Shown here one piece after another: positions 13,101-26,985 of a stretch of DNA of 64,000 bases. The stretch's first letter is position 1. Each line of letters starts with the position of its first letter. The notes under the pieces are model-generated. The model was given only the letters and a program-made list of their open reading frames with translations. It did not search any database and was not told the DNA's origin. The DNA is from Eledone cirrhosa. Its lineage: Eukaryota. A program made the position numbers and the translations under genes. The stretch lies in NCBI GenBank assembly GCA_964016885.1, contig OZ024742.1, positions 1,240,001 to 1,304,000 of the forward strand, given 5' to 3'.

Positions 13101-16100
13101 GGTGTAGTGTGGTGTTGTGGTGTAGTGTGGTGTTGTGGTGTAGTGTGGTGTATTGTGGTGTTGTGGTGTAGTGTGGTGTTGTGGTGTAGTGTGGTGTTGT
13201 GGTGTAGTGTGGTGTATTGTAGTGTGGTGGTGTGGTGTATTGTGGTGTTGTGGTGTAGTGTGGTGTTGTGGTGTAGTGTGGTGTAGTGTGGTGTTGTGGT
13301 GTAGTGTGGTGTAGTGTGGTGTTGTGGTGTATTGTAGTGTGGTGTATTGTAGTGTGGTGGTGTGGTGTAGTGTGGTGTTGTGGTGTAGTGTGGTGTTGTG
13401 GTGTATTGTAGTGTGGTGTTGTAGTGTAGTATAGTGTGGTGGTGTAGTGTGGTGTTGTGGTGTATTGTAGTGTTGTGGTGTAGTGTGGTGTTGTGGTGTA
13501 GTGTGGTGTTGTGTTGTGGTGTAGTGTGGTGCTGTGGTGTAGTATGGTGTTGTGGTGTAGTGTGGTGTTGTGGTGTATTGTAGTGTGGTGGTGTAGTGTG
13601 GTGTTGTGGTGTATTGTAGTGTGGTGGTGTATTGTAGTGTGGTGGTGTAGTGTGGTGTTGTGTTGTGGTGTAGTGTGGTGCTGTGGTGTAGTGTGGTGTT
13701 GTGGTGTAGTGTGGTGTTGTGGTGTATTGTAGTGTGGTGGTGTAGTGTGGTGTTGTGGTGTATTGTAGTGTGGTGGTGTAGTGTGGTGGTGTGGTGTAGT
13801 GTGGTGTTGTGGTGTAGCGTGGTGTATTGTAGTGTGGTGGTGTGGTGTAGTGTGGTGTTGTGGTGTATTGTAGTGTGGTGGTGTGATGTATTGTAGTGTG
13901 GTGTATTGTAGTGTGGTGGTGTGGTGTTGTAGTGTAGTATAGTGTGGTGGTGTAGTGTGGTGTTGTGGTGTAGTGTAGTGTTGTGGTGTAGTGTGGTGTT
14001 GTGGTGTAGTGTGGTGTTGTAGTGTATTGTAGTGTTGTGGTGTAGTGTGGTGTTGTGGTGTAGTGTGGTGTTGTAGTGTATTGTAGTGTGGTGGTGTAGT
14101 GTGGTGTTGTGTTGTGGTGTAGTGTGGTGTTGTGGTGTAGTGTGGTGTTGTGGTGTAGTGTGGTGTTGTGGTGTAGTGTGGTATTGTGGTGTAGTGTGGT
14201 GTTGTGGTGTAGTGTGGTGTTGTGGTGTAGTGTGGTGTTGTGGTGTAGTGTGGTGTTGTGGTGTATTGTAGTGTGGTGGTGCAGTGTGGTGTTGTGGTGT
14301 AGTGTGGTGGTGTGGTGTAGTGTGGTGTTGTGGTGTATTGTAGTGTGGTGGTGTAGTGTGGTGTTGTGGTGTAGTGTGGTGTAGTGTGGTGTTGTGGTGT
14401 AGTGTGGTGTTGTGGTGTAGTGTGGTGTTGTGGTGTAGTGTGGTGTTGTGGTGTATTGTAGTGTGGTGTATTGTAGTGTGGTGGTGTGGTGTAGTGTGGT
14501 GTAGTGTGGTGTTGTGGTGTATTGTAGTGTGGTGTGGTCTGGTGTTGTGGTGTAGTGTAGTGTGGTGTTGTGGTGTAGTCTGGTGTTGTGGTGTAGTGTA
14601 GTGTGGTGTTGTGGTGTAGTGTGGTGTTGTGGTGTAGTGTGGTGTTGTGGTGTAGTGCGGTGTTGTGGTGTGGTGTTGTGGTGTATTGTGGTGTTGTGGT
14701 GTAGTGTGGTGTTGTGGTGTAGTGTGGTGTTGTGGTGTAGTGTGGTGTTGTGGTGTATTGTAGTGTGGTGTATTGTAGTGTGGTGTTGTGGTGTAGTCTG
14801 GTGTTGTGGTGTAGTGTGGTGTTGTGTGGTGTTGTGGTGTAGTGTGGTGTTGTGTGGTGTTGTGGTGTAGTGTGGTGTTGTGGTGTAGTGTGGTGTTGTG
14901 TGGTGTTGTGGTGTAGTGTGGTGTTGTGGTGTTGTGTGGTGTTGTGGTGTAGTGTGGTGTTGTGTGGTGTAGTGTGGTGTTGTGGTGTAGTGTGGTGTTG
15001 TGGTGTAGTGTGGTGTTGTGGTGTAGTGTGGTGTTGTGGTGTAGTGTGGTGTTGTGGTGTAGTGTGGTGTTGTGGTGTAGTGTGGTGTAGTGTGGTGGTG
15101 TAGTGTGGTGTTGTGGTGTAGTGGTGTAGTGTGGTGTGGTGGTGTAGTGTGGTGTTGTGGTGTAGTGTGGTGTTGTGGTGTAGTGTGGTGTTGTGGTGTA
15201 GTGTGGTGTTGTGGTGTATTGTAGTGTGGTGTATTGTAGTGTGGTGTTGTGGTGTAGTGTGGTGTTGTGTGGTGTAGTGTTGTGGTGTAGTGTGGTGGTG
15301 TAGTGTGGTGTTGTGGTGTAGTGTGGTGTTGTGGTGTAGTGTTGTGTTGTGGTGTAGTGTGGTGTTGTGTGGTGTAGTGTGGTGTTGTGGTGTAGTGTGG
15401 TGTTGTGGTGTAGTGTGGTGTTGTGGTGTAGTGTAGTGTGGTGTTGTGGTGTAGTGTGGTGTTGTGGTGTAGTGTGGTGTATTGTGGTGTTGTGGTGTAG
15501 TGTGGTGTTGTGGTGTAGTGTGGTGTTGTGGTGTAGTGTGGTGTTGTGGTGTAGTGTGGTGTTGTGGTGTAGTGTGGTGTATTGTAGTGTGGTGGTGTGG
15601 TGTATTGTGGTGTTGTGGTGTAGTGTGGTGTTGTGGTGTAGTGTGGTGTTGTGGTGTATTGTAGTGTGGTGTATTGTAGTGTGGTGGTGTGGTGTAGTGT
15701 GGTGTTGTGTGTAGTGTGGTGTTGTGTGTAGTGTGGTGTTGTGGTGTAGTGTGGTGTTGTGGTGTAGTGTGGTGTTGTGGTGTAATGTGGTGGTGTGGTG
15801 TAGTGTGGTGTTGTGGTGTAGTGTGGTGTTGTGGTGTAGTGTGGTGGTGTGGTGTAGTGTGGTGTTGTGGTGTGTGGTGGTGTGGTGTAGTGTGTTGTTG
15901 TGGTGTATTGTAGTGTGGTGTTGTAGTGTAGTATAGTGTGGTGGTGTAGTGTGGTGTTGTGGTGTATTGTAGTTTTGTGGTGTAGTGTGGTGTTGTGGTG
16001 TATTGTAGTGTTGTGGTGTATTGTAGTGTGGTGGTGTAGTGTGGTGTTGTGTTGTGGTGTAGTGTGGTGCTGTGGTGTAGTGTGGTGTTGTGGTGTAGTG

Positions 16101-17345
16101 TGGTGTTGTGGTGTATTGTAGTGTGGTGGTGTAGTGTGGTGTTGTGTTGTGGTGTAGTGTGGTGCTGTGGTGTAGTGTGGTGTTGTGGTGTAGTGTGGTG
16201 TTGTGGTGTAGTGTGGTGTTGTGGTGTATTGTAGTGTGGTGTTGTGGTGTATTGTAGTGTGGTGGTGTAGTGTGGTGGTGTGGTGTAGTGTGGTGTTGTA
16301 GTGTAGTATAGTGTTGTGGTGTAGTATAGTTTTGTGGTGTAGTGTGGTGGTGTATTGTAGTGTGGTGTAGTGTGGTGTTGTAGTGTAGTATAGTGTTGTG
16401 GTGTAGTGTGGTGGTGTATTGTAGTGTGGTGGTGTGGTAGTGTAGTATAGTATGGTGGTGTAGTGTGGTGTTGTGGTGTATTGTAGTGTGGTGGTGTAGC
16501 GTGGTGGTGTATTGTAGTGTAGTGTAGTATAGTGTGGTAGTGTAGTATAGTGTTGTGGTGTAGTGTGGTGGTGTAGTGTGGTGTTGTGTAGTGTTGTAGT
16601 GTATTGTAGTGTGGTGGAGTGTGTTGTAGTGTAGTATAGTGTGGTGGTGTAGTGTGGTGTTGTGGTGTATTGTAGTGTTGTAGTGTATTGTAGTGTGGTG
16701 GTGCGGTGTGGTGTTGTAGTGTAGTATAGTGTGGTGGTGTAGTGTGGTGTTGTGGTGTATTGTAGTGTTGTAGTGTATTGTAGTGTGGTGGTGTGGTGTT
16801 GTAATGTAGTATAGTGTGGTGGTGTAGTGTGGTGTTGTGGCGTATTGTAGTGTTGTAGTGTGGTGGTGTGGTGTTGTAGTGTAGTATAGTGTGGTGGTGT
16901 AGTGTGGTGTTGTGGTGTATTGTAGTGTTGTAGTGTGGTGGTGTGGTGTTGCAGTGTAGTATAGTGTGGTGGTGTAGTGTGGTGTTGTGGTGTATTGTAG
17001 TGTTGTAGTGTATTGTAGTGTGGTGGTGTGTGTTGTAGTGTAGTATAGGGTGGTGGTGTAGTGTGGTGTTGTGGTGTATTGTAGTGTTGTAGTGTATTGT
17101 AGTGTGGTGGTGTGGTGTTGTAGTGTAGTATAGTGTGGTGGTGTTGTGGTGTAGTGTGGTGGTGTGGTGTATTGTAGTGTTGTAGTGTATTGTAGTGTGG
17201 TGGTGTGGTGTTGTAGTGTAGTATAGTGTGGTGGTGTAGTGTGGTGTTGTGGTGTAGTATAGTGTGGTAGTGTAGTATAGTGTTGTAGTGTAGTATAGTG
17301 TTGTGGTGTAGTGTGGTGTTGTGGTGTATTGTAGTGTTGTAGTGT
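4192..17345 (+). repeat. 13-kb complex GT-rich satellite; 15-bp unit GTAGTGTAGTGTGTT at left, dominant 18-bp unit GTGTAGTGTGGTGTTGTG, higher-order blocks
   Basis: Almost no C on + strand; built from GTGTA/GTGTG/GTGTT/GTG modules. Confidence 0.97.
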
Positions 17346-17382
17346 ATATAATACGTGTATTATTATACATGTATGTATATAA

Positions 17383-17567
17383 TTGTTTCTACTTTAGGCA
17401 CAAGGCCAGCAATTACCCAGTATATTACTGGTACTTTATTTTATCGACCCCGTAAGGATGAAAGGCAAAGTTAACCTCGGCGGGATTTGAACTGAGATCA
17501 TAAAGGGACGTAACTCTATGCTTCAAAGCATGGTGTCCGACTCTACCGATACTGCCAATCCACCGTT
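17383..17567 (-). mobile_element. tRNA-derived SINE (MetaSINE-like)
   Basis: Homologous to 570-746. Confidence 0.8.
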
Positions 17568-17633
17568 ACATTATATACACATTATATACATCCATTATAT
17601 ACACATATTATATGTATATAATGTGTATATATA

Positions 17634-17801
17634 ATTGTTTCTACTTTAGGCACAAGGCCAGCAATTACCCAGTATATTACTGGTACTTTATTTTATCAAC
17701 CCCGTAAGGATGAAAGGCAAAGTCAACCTCGGCGGGATTTGAACTCAGACTGTAAAGGGACGTAACTATGCTGGAAAGCATGGTGTCCGACCATCTACCG
17801 A
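17634..17801 (-). mobile_element. tRNA-derived SINE (MetaSINE-like), tandem neighbour of previous copy
   Basis: Homologous to 17383-17567, ~250 bp apart. Confidence 0.8.
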
Positions 17802-17970
17802 TAATGTGTATATATAATGTGTATATAATGTATGTATGTGTGTATATAATGGATGTATATAATGGATGTATATAATGGATGTATATAATGTGTATATATA
17901 ATGGATGTATATAATGGATGTATATAATGGATGTATATAATGTGTATATATAATGGATGTATATAATGTA
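17802..17970 (+). repeat. 13-15-bp tandem repeat TATAATG(G)ATGTA
   Basis: Visible tandem units. Confidence 0.8.
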
Positions 17971-18159
17971 CAAGAAACTATGAAATATGTAAATGAAGCT
18001 GCTAAAGGCAGAGATTAAAGGAGATTAGTTGTAAAGTAGGTGGTGAATGGCATGGTAGGAGTGTAGTTAACTAGGTTGATCTATTGACAGTAGGGGGAGA
18101 GGAGAAATAGATGGAGAGAGAGAGGGGGGGGGAACAGGTAGATAGATATATAGAGAGAG

Positions 18160-18290
18160 GGGGAGGTAGAGGTAGGTACATATGTGGTTGGAGAGATAGG
18201 GAGGGTGAGGTAGAGGTAGGTACATATGTGGTTGGAGAGACAGGGAAGGGGAGGTAGAGGTAGCTACATATGTGGTTGAAGAGACAGACA
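18160..18290 (+). repeat. ~44-bp purine-rich tandem repeat x3
   Basis: GAGGTAGAGGTAG(G/C)TACATATGTGGTTG repeated three times. Confidence 0.75.
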
Positions 18291-19081
18291 GACAAAGTAA
18301 AAAGTAAAGAAAATAAGATTAGAAATAAAGCAGTTTTACTTCAAGTTATTGTTTAGTCCTAATTAAACCCTGATCTAACGACTCTCAGCCCCTCACATCA
18401 ATGATATTCCAAACGTGACAATCCTATCTTTTTTAAGATCACATCACTTTACATCTGTTCTTCTCAAGTTGAGGAACAATATAAAATATATTTCACTTCC
18501 AACCTTTCATATCAATAACTCTGCTTCTTTCAAATAAAACCAATTGAAAAGGGTTCCTATTTAAATTAGAATCTTCCAACAATTTTATATAAAAAACAAT
18601 TTATTAAATTGTTAGATATACTATCTTAATAATGAAACAATAATTTTAATAAATCCTTCCAAATTCTTCATTCAGTCATCCCATAAATAACATGCAAGGA
18701 AAGTTGGAGGAAGGGGGTAATAAACACCTATATAAACTTATCAAAGCAGGTCATTCACCTTGTCCTCATTCTTAGTGGAAGCTTTGAAAAAATGCAGTTA
18801 AAAGAAGTATTAAAAAAACCCTGCATTATGTATGGGGTATCCTAATATTTGAAATATGGTAACACTTATAGGTCTGTGAGATCAGGGCTAACCTCACGAT
18901 TAGCTCAATAACAAAAAACAAGGACTTCAACAATAAGAAAGGTTTTTTTTAAATGTACTATTTTATTACTATTTCACAGTGATGTATATATGTATATATA
19001 TAAAGAGAGAAAGGTTGGGAGTTGCCAGTTTAGACTAGTAAGTACTCAATACTTGCGAAAGTAGAGTGTATGTATAGGAAA

Positions 19082-19171
19082 GAGTTAGTGCCTGATTGCT
19101 GAGCTCTTGCCATTTCTATGGCAAATGGACAATTTCAAAATGGCAAGAGCTCAGCTGTTGAGCATTAACTC
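19082..19171. repeat. 90-bp imperfect palindrome (MITE-like hairpin)
   Basis: GAGTTAGTGC..GCTGAGCTCTTGCCATTT / AAATGGCAAGAGCTCAGC..GCATTAACTC. Confidence 0.7.
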
Positions 19172-19729
19172 ATTACAATATATATAACACAGCCATGCCT
19201 GCAACAACAACAAAAGAGACTTGCAATTTGAAACGCCATAAGTTTTATCTTAAACTGAACACAAGAATGATTAATAAATAATTAAAGAATGCCAGTCATA
19301 ATTGTTCTTAGATTTACCATTGTTAGAAAACAACTAATTCCCATACAAGAATTAGAGAGCCAAGAGTTGTTTACAGATTCATTAAACTGCTTTAGAGTGC
19401 CAACTGACCAAGTTTAACCCTTTGGATACCAAACCCCCTACAACAACCCCTAGTTCTACAATACCAAACATTTTTCGTGGCGTCTTCTAGCATGACTGGT
19501 GGTGGTGGTGGTGGTGGTTTCTTTCTTTCTTTCTTTCTTTCTATATTCTCTGATGGAGAGGTGGTAGTACATTATAAGCCTTCGCCCCCTCACCAGATGG
19601 TCATTAGTAGACCGAGTTGCCATCACTTGAGGGCGACTGACCGAGGTGAAAGCAGCTAGTTGGTCAGTCGTCCTTTCTGTCTCTGATTTCGGACCCATGG
19701 ATTTTATATATTCCTTTGTTATATTTCGA

Positions 19730-19787
19730 ATACCTGATGATATCACCGGATTAATACGGAACCCGGTCATTGAAATGATCATAGTAT
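19730..19787 (+). ncRNA. Minimal type-I hammerhead ribozyme (family A copy 2)
   Basis: atac-CTGATGA-accgg..ccggt-GAAA-tgatca-TA^-gtat. Confidence 0.75.
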
Positions 19788-19822
19788 AATAAACTTTTCA
19801 AGGATTTACACCAGTCCAGCCT

Positions 19823-21124
19823 CATCATCATCATCATCATCATCATCGTTGTTTAACGTCCATATCCACGCTTGCATGGGTTTGGACGGGAGTTTTCCCA
19901 CTTGAGGCAAGAGTGGTTGTCTTGCTCGCATAGGACTGTCTGGCGGGTTTTCTACGGCTGGATGCCCTTCCTAACACCTACCACATTTACAGTATGGAAC
20001 TGGGAGGTTTTTACCGTGTTACCTTCACGGCCACTATACAGTGTGGACTGTGTGTTTTTTTGTCGTGACACCTACACGACCTCATTTGTTTCGGCCTGGA
20101 TGTTGTGGTACCAACATAACTTTACATTGAAAGGGGTGGTGTGGGTGGGATGGGGGTAGTGGGACGGGGGTGTATTTTGTTAGAGGTGCCTACTGACTGT
20201 AGTAGGTTTTACTTTGTATTTAGGTAAGGCGGGTCTTCTCTATTACTGTGTAGCGCCAAAGATCTTGGTCCAGTGACATTGTCTTGGAGAGGTGTAAGTG
20301 TGTGAGGTCGGAATTTATCAGCTCGTCCCAGGTTTTTCTGGGTCTGCCTACTCCGTGGCTACCGTCTATTTTTACTGCCCTGCACTTTTTTATACAGCTG
20401 TCGTCTTTCATGCGCATCACGTGACCATACCAACGTAGCCTTCTCTCAAGTAAACAACATCTGTTCCCTCTTATTTCTAATTTTTCCCTTAGTTCGTTTA
20501 TGCTTTGCCGTTCACGTATATTACTATTACACATCCAGCGGAGCATGCAAGCTTTGTTCCTCTCTAGTCTGCGTATATCCTCTGCACACAATGCCCAGGT
20601 CTCACTGCCATGCAACATTGCTGTTCGTATGCAGGCATCATACAGCCTGCCTTTCATTTTTAGGGAGAACCCTTTAGCGGCTAATAGTGTGATAAGCTCT
20701 CTGAACTTTTTCCATCCAGTTCTGACTCTAGCTACTGTACTTTCAGAGCACCCTCCCCCACTGCTGATTTTGTCACCCAGGTAACAGAAGCTGTCCACTA
20801 TTTCTATAGAACCATCTGTGCAATTGAAAGAGCTAGTATTCTGTGGGCACTTGCTGCTACTTATTGCACCAGAGCACCGGCCACATATAAAATCTATGTT
20901 CTTAGTTAGCTTACCTGTGATCCCACTATATCTTTTATGCACCATACTTTGAATTTGGGACATAAAATGGAGTTTCTACCTACTCCTTTCCTACACACTG
21001 AGCATGGCCATTTCCCGAATGGGACCGGCGCCCTATTTTCCTTCCTACAAACTAGAACTTTAGTCTTAGACAGGTTAATTTTAAGGCCTTTTGATTCTAG
21101 GCCGTGCTTCCATGTTTGGAATTT
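19823..21124 (-). mobile_element. 5'-truncated RTE-clade LINE, subfamily A
   Basis: RT C-terminal frame ([29 protein letters not shown]), 3' UTR and (GAT)n tail; frameshifted. Confidence 0.92.
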
Positions 21125-21141
21125 ATATGTATATATATGTA

Positions 21142-21226
<85 letters not shown>

Positions 21227-21229
21227 GCA

Positions 21230-21512
21230 TTAGAAAGTGAGGTTTTTTTTACAAAATGAAAAATAACCGAGGTGTCCTACACGAGTGAAAGTATAAAGAA
21301 AAAGAGATGAAATCGAAAATGCAACTGAAGTCTTATTTTTTTTTTTTAAATATATATATTTATTTGGTTCCTTTACCGGTTTCGCAGTTCTTCTGCTTTT
21401 TGAAAAGCAGAAGAACTGCGAAACCGGTAAAGGAACCAAATAAATATATATATTTAAAAAATAAAAAATAAATAAGACTCCAGTTGCATTTTCGATTTCA
21501 TCTCTTTTTTTT
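21230..21512. mobile_element. Fold-back element centred at ~21400 on a hammerhead motif
   Basis: ~100-bp inverted arms 21300-21400 / 21403-21510; (T)TGAAAA-gcag-aagaa-ctgc-GAAA-ccgg-TA-aagg; flanked by (TA)n. Confidence 0.75.
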
Positions 21513-21606
21513 TATATATATGTATATATATATATATATGTATATATATGTATATATATGTATATATATGTATATGTATATATGTATGTATATATATGTA
21601 TATATG

Positions 21607-21639
<33 letters not shown>

Positions 21640-21666
21640 TTATATATATATATATGTATATATATG

Positions 21667-21713
<47 letters not shown>

Positions 21714-21784
21714 GTATATATATATGTATATATATGTATATATATATGTATATATATGTATATGTATATATATGTATATATATG

Positions 21785-21815
<31 letters not shown>

Positions 21816-21844
21816 GTATATATATATATATATGTATATATATG

Positions 21845-21875
<31 letters not shown>

Positions 21876-21914
21876 GTATATGTATGTGTATATATATATA
21901 TATGTATATATATG

Positions 21915-21965
<51 letters not shown>

Positions 21966-21980
21966 GTATATATATGTATG

Positions 21981-22025
<45 letters not shown>

Positions 22026-22231
22026 GTATATATATATGTGTATATATATATGTGTATATATGTGTATATATATATGTGTATATGTATATGTGTATATATG
22101 TATGTGTATATATATATGTGTATATATATATGTGTATATATATATGTGTATATGTATATGTGTATATGTATATATGTATATGTATATATGTATATGTATA
22201 TATGTATATATGTATATGTGTATATGTAGAT
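21513..22231. repeat. Interrupted (TA)n microsatellite (TATG type)
   Basis: Direct. Confidence 0.95.
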
Positions 22232-22233
22232 AT

Positions 22234-22620
22234 ATCATCACCGTTTTACGTCCGTTCTTTCACGCTAGCATGGGTTAGACGGGTTGTCCTGTTGTGGGCA
22301 GTGTCTGGTTGGCTGACCATGCATTGCTCATACAGGAACTGATTTGGCTTGATTTCTACAGCTGGATGCCCTTCCTAACACCAACCTCATTTACAGTGAG
22401 TGCTAGGTGCTTTTTTTTGCCGTGGCACCTCCACGACCACTTTGCAGTGGAATGATAGGGACCCCAGTCCCTATCATCTCATTTCTACAGCTGAGTAAAC
22501 TGGAGCAATGTGAAATAAAGTGTCTTGCTCAAGGAAACAACACATCACCCGGTCTGAGAATTGAACTCACAATCTTTCGATTGCAAGCCCAATGCACTAA
22601 CCACTAAGCCATGTGCCTCC
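22234..22620 (-). mobile_element. tRNA-derived CORE-like SINE with RTE-derived 3' tail
   Basis: Head GGAGGCACATGGCTTAGTGG (A box), GAGTTCAATTC (B box), core CCTTGAGCAAGACACTTTA; tail matches 3' UTR of RTE at 40708. Confidence 0.85.
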
Positions 22621-22688
22621 ATATATACATATACATATATACATATATATACATATACATACATATATATATATACATATATATATAC

Positions 22689-22719
<31 letters not shown>

Positions 22720-22740
22720 CATACATATATATATACATAC

Positions 22741-22771
<31 letters not shown>

Positions 22772-22814
22772 CATACATATATATATATATACATATATAT
22801 ATACATATATATAC

Positions 22815-22845
<31 letters not shown>

Positions 22846-22882
22846 CATATATATACATATATATACATATATATACATATAC

Positions 22883-22913
<31 letters not shown>

Positions 22914-22976
22914 CATATATATATATACACATATATATATATATACACATATATATATATACATATATATATATAC

Positions 22977-23027
<51 letters not shown>

Positions 23028-23036
23028 CATATATAT
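22621..23036. repeat. Interrupted (TA)n microsatellite (TACA type)
   Basis: Direct. Confidence 0.95.
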
Positions 23037-23569
23037 AGTTAAAAGAATAGAGGTGTAACACACAAGTTATTATATATTGGTAAACGGAATAGAAAATGCT
23101 GACAAATTGTTCACAGTTGAAAAATGGTTTAATTAGGAATAAAAGAGTATTAGTGATTGTATGGGTTAGTATTCAGTTGTGGTTTTAAGTTTTTAAGTTT
23201 TTACCGGTTGCTCATTTCTAAATGCTTTTCAAAAATAATTTTGAGATAGAGTGTTCCGTGTTGTTTGCTCTGATCTGATTAGTTTTGGGAATTCTACCTG
23301 TTTTTATGTTAAAAAAGTGGCTCCAGCGTTATTTTTGTGTTGCAAAAATGCTTGTGGTCAAAACAATTTTGATTGGTCGGTAGAGGTCATGTGAATGTAA
23401 AAAGTTGATTTTGCGCCAAGACTGTTTTTATGTTAAAAAAGTGGCTCCAGCAAAAATTCTTGGTCAAAACAATTTTGATTGGTCGGTAGAGGTCATGTGG
23501 ATAAAAAATTGGTTTTGCGCCAAGATTGAAAAATGACTCTTTCACAACAAATATGTGTGTGTGTGTGTA

Positions 23570-23626
<57 letters not shown>

Positions 23627-25190
23627 TAGTAGTAGTAGTAAGGTGTTCGATGCTGCGACAATGGCCAGCAGCGCTGTGTGTCAAATGGCTATTAAGATAA
23701 GTGTTCACATGACCTCTACCGACCAATCAAAATTGTTTTGACCACAAGCATTTTTGCAACACAAAATTAACGCTGAAGCCACTTTTTTAACATAAAAACA
23801 GGTAGAATTCCCAAAACTAATCAGATCAGAGCAAACAGCACGGACACTCTTTCTCAAAATTATTTTTGAAAAGCATTTAGAAATGCGCAACCGGTAAAAA
23901 CTTAAAACCACAACTGAATACTAACCCATACAATCACTAATACTCTTTTATTCCTAACTAGCAGTAAAGCCCGGCGTTGCTCGGGGTCGCTCAGTAGCTG
24001 TGTTAAAGTTACAATGTTAAGTTTCTTTTTTGGCTTAAAAACTGTAGTGTCTACTGTGCAGACTTGCATGTGGTGTTTTTGATTAATATTCCCTCAACCA
24101 ACAATATGCCTTATGAAGTTAAGAAAACATAACGATAACCCGAATTAAAGTAAATTCAGCCTTATAAGACCGTAAAATTAATTTAAACGTTTAATAGGGA
24201 AAGTTTGCTAACCGTCGTAATAAAAAAATAAATATCAATAACTTACGAAGTAATGAACTCGCCGAACTTTTAAAGCGTTGTAGCATACAAAGGCAGTACA
24301 GTGCAAATGAAGCTATTAAACAAACTGGAGATTCCAATTCACTCTACTAAAGATTTACTTAATCGTCTGCACATTCGCTAATCGTCTGCTCATTCCATAA
24401 AAGGGAAATAATCGCCTATATCACCTCTCTGCATGACTGTCTGTCTGCACGCCTATATCACCTCTCTGCATGACTGTCTGTCTGCACGCCTATATCACCT
24501 CTCTGCACGACTGTCTGTCTGCACGCGTATATCACCTCTCTGCACGACTGTCTGTCTGCACGACTGTCTGTCTGCACGCCTAACGAAATTTACAGATACA
24601 TATATTTTAAATAAACTTATATAATTTTTGCTTTTTTTTACGAAATATTTGCTTGTTTTACGTAGTCTTTAAATAGACTTGTTTTCAAGTAAAAATATTG
24701 TTTTAAAAGGCTTTTAAATGGAAATGAAGCAAAACGGAAGCTTAGTGTTCGAACTGATGAATTTTGCAGGTCAAAATTTTGCTGGCTCGACAACTGTTCG
24801 TGTATTGTGTTAATGTCATTTTAAACGCTGAGAAAGCCAGTGTAATTTTTTTAATTTTTGCACGCAGAAAATGTAAAGAGAACGTAAGACGCTACGCTGA
24901 ATGTAAACAGAACAAAGGGAAATAACTGATCACTTATGCTCAGAAATCAATACATTATATTCGATTTCGTCAGATAGGGCGGGTCAATTTGAAATATTTT
25001 TTTTCCCGATGTCTTCGCTAGGGCTCAATGTACAAGTATAGCAATTTCGGTGCAATTCCGTGAGACATTCTAAGAGGAGATGTGTGCCAAAAATCGATAG
25101 ACAGACAGACAACCTCAGTTTTATATATATAGATTAAACCATTTTTCAACTGTGAACAATTTGTCAGCATTTTCTATTCCGTTTACCAAT
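23037..25190. mobile_element. Fold-back pLTR-like element (left arm ~23075-23395; right arm 23704-23957 + 25134-25190), interrupted by a Helitron
   Basis: Long inverted repeat; degenerate hammerhead TTGAAAA-gcattt-ag-aaatgc-GCAA-ccgg-TA at 23863-23899 and mirror at 23199-23235. Confidence 0.75.
23958..25133 (-). mobile_element. Non-autonomous Helitron
   Basis: Minus strand 5' TC(TATATATA)..., 3' hairpin CCCGAGCAACGCCGGG then CTAG; inserted between A and T with no TSD; internal 37-bp minisatellite 24413-24580; second copy at 53758. Confidence 0.88.
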
Positions 25191-26017
<827 letters not shown>

Positions 26018-26399
26018 CACCTCTCAAAGTCAATGACACACGACCGTGACTTCTGGCGTCACGCAGTAATACAGAGTACCCGACCTCCCATGGGTACATG
26101 CTGAAGCATATAAACAATATGCCCCCCCCCCACCGCAAGGTGGTCGTGGAGGTGCCACGGCAAAAAAGCACCCAGCCCACACTGTAAAGTGGACGTGTAG
26201 GCGCCACGAAAAAGCACCCAGCACTCACTGTAAATGAGGTTGGTGTTAGGAAGGGCATCCAGCTGTAGAAATCAAGCCAGATCAGTTCCTGTATGAGCAA
26301 GGCATGGTCAGCCGACCAGACACTGCTCACAACAGGACAACCCGTCTAACCCATGCTAGCGTGGAAGAACGGACGTAAAACGGTGATGATGATGATGAT
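26018..26399 (+). mobile_element. RTE LINE subfamily B 3' fragment
   Basis: Matches 40708-41090 ([15 protein letters not shown], 3' UTR, (GAT)n). Confidence 0.9.
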
Positions 26400-26401
26400 A
26401 C

Positions 26402-26440
<39 letters not shown>

Positions 26441-26446
<6 letters not shown>

Positions 26447-26664
26447 CATCATCATCATCATCGTTTAACGTCCGTGTTCCACCCTTGCATGGATTTGGAC
26501 GGGAGTTTTCCCACTTGAGGCAAGAGTGATTGTCTTGCTCGCATAGGACTGTCTGGCGGGTTTTCTACAGTTGGATGCCCTTCCTAACACCAACCACATT
26601 TACAGTGTGGGTCTGGGAGGTTTTTACCGTGTTGCCTACACGGCCACATTACAGCGTGGACTGT
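26441..26664 (-). mobile_element. RTE subfamily A 3' UTR fragment
   Basis: (CAT)n + CGTTTAACGTCCGTG...; truncated into (TA)n. Confidence 0.88.
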
Positions 26665-26784
26665 ATATATATATGTACATATATATATGTACATATATAT
26701 ATATACATATATATATATATACATATATATATACATATATATATATATATACATATATATATACATACATATATATATGTACAC

Positions 26785-26815
<31 letters not shown>

Positions 26816-26816
26816 C

Positions 26817-26849
<33 letters not shown>

Positions 26850-26862
26850 CATATATATATAC

Positions 26863-26893
<31 letters not shown>

Positions 26894-26902
26894 CATATAC
26901 AT

Positions 26903-26985
<83 letters not shown>

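Noticed and set aside
4189-17370. 4393-aa His/Thr/Tyr ORF
   Set aside because: Satellite composition nearly excludes stop codons on the minus strand; the same periodic peptides shift among frames
22540-22620. tRNA gene
   Set aside because: A/B boxes belong to a SINE head; no full cloverleaf
24750-24790. CTGATGA in Helitron
   Set aside because: No GAAA/stem III/stem I closure
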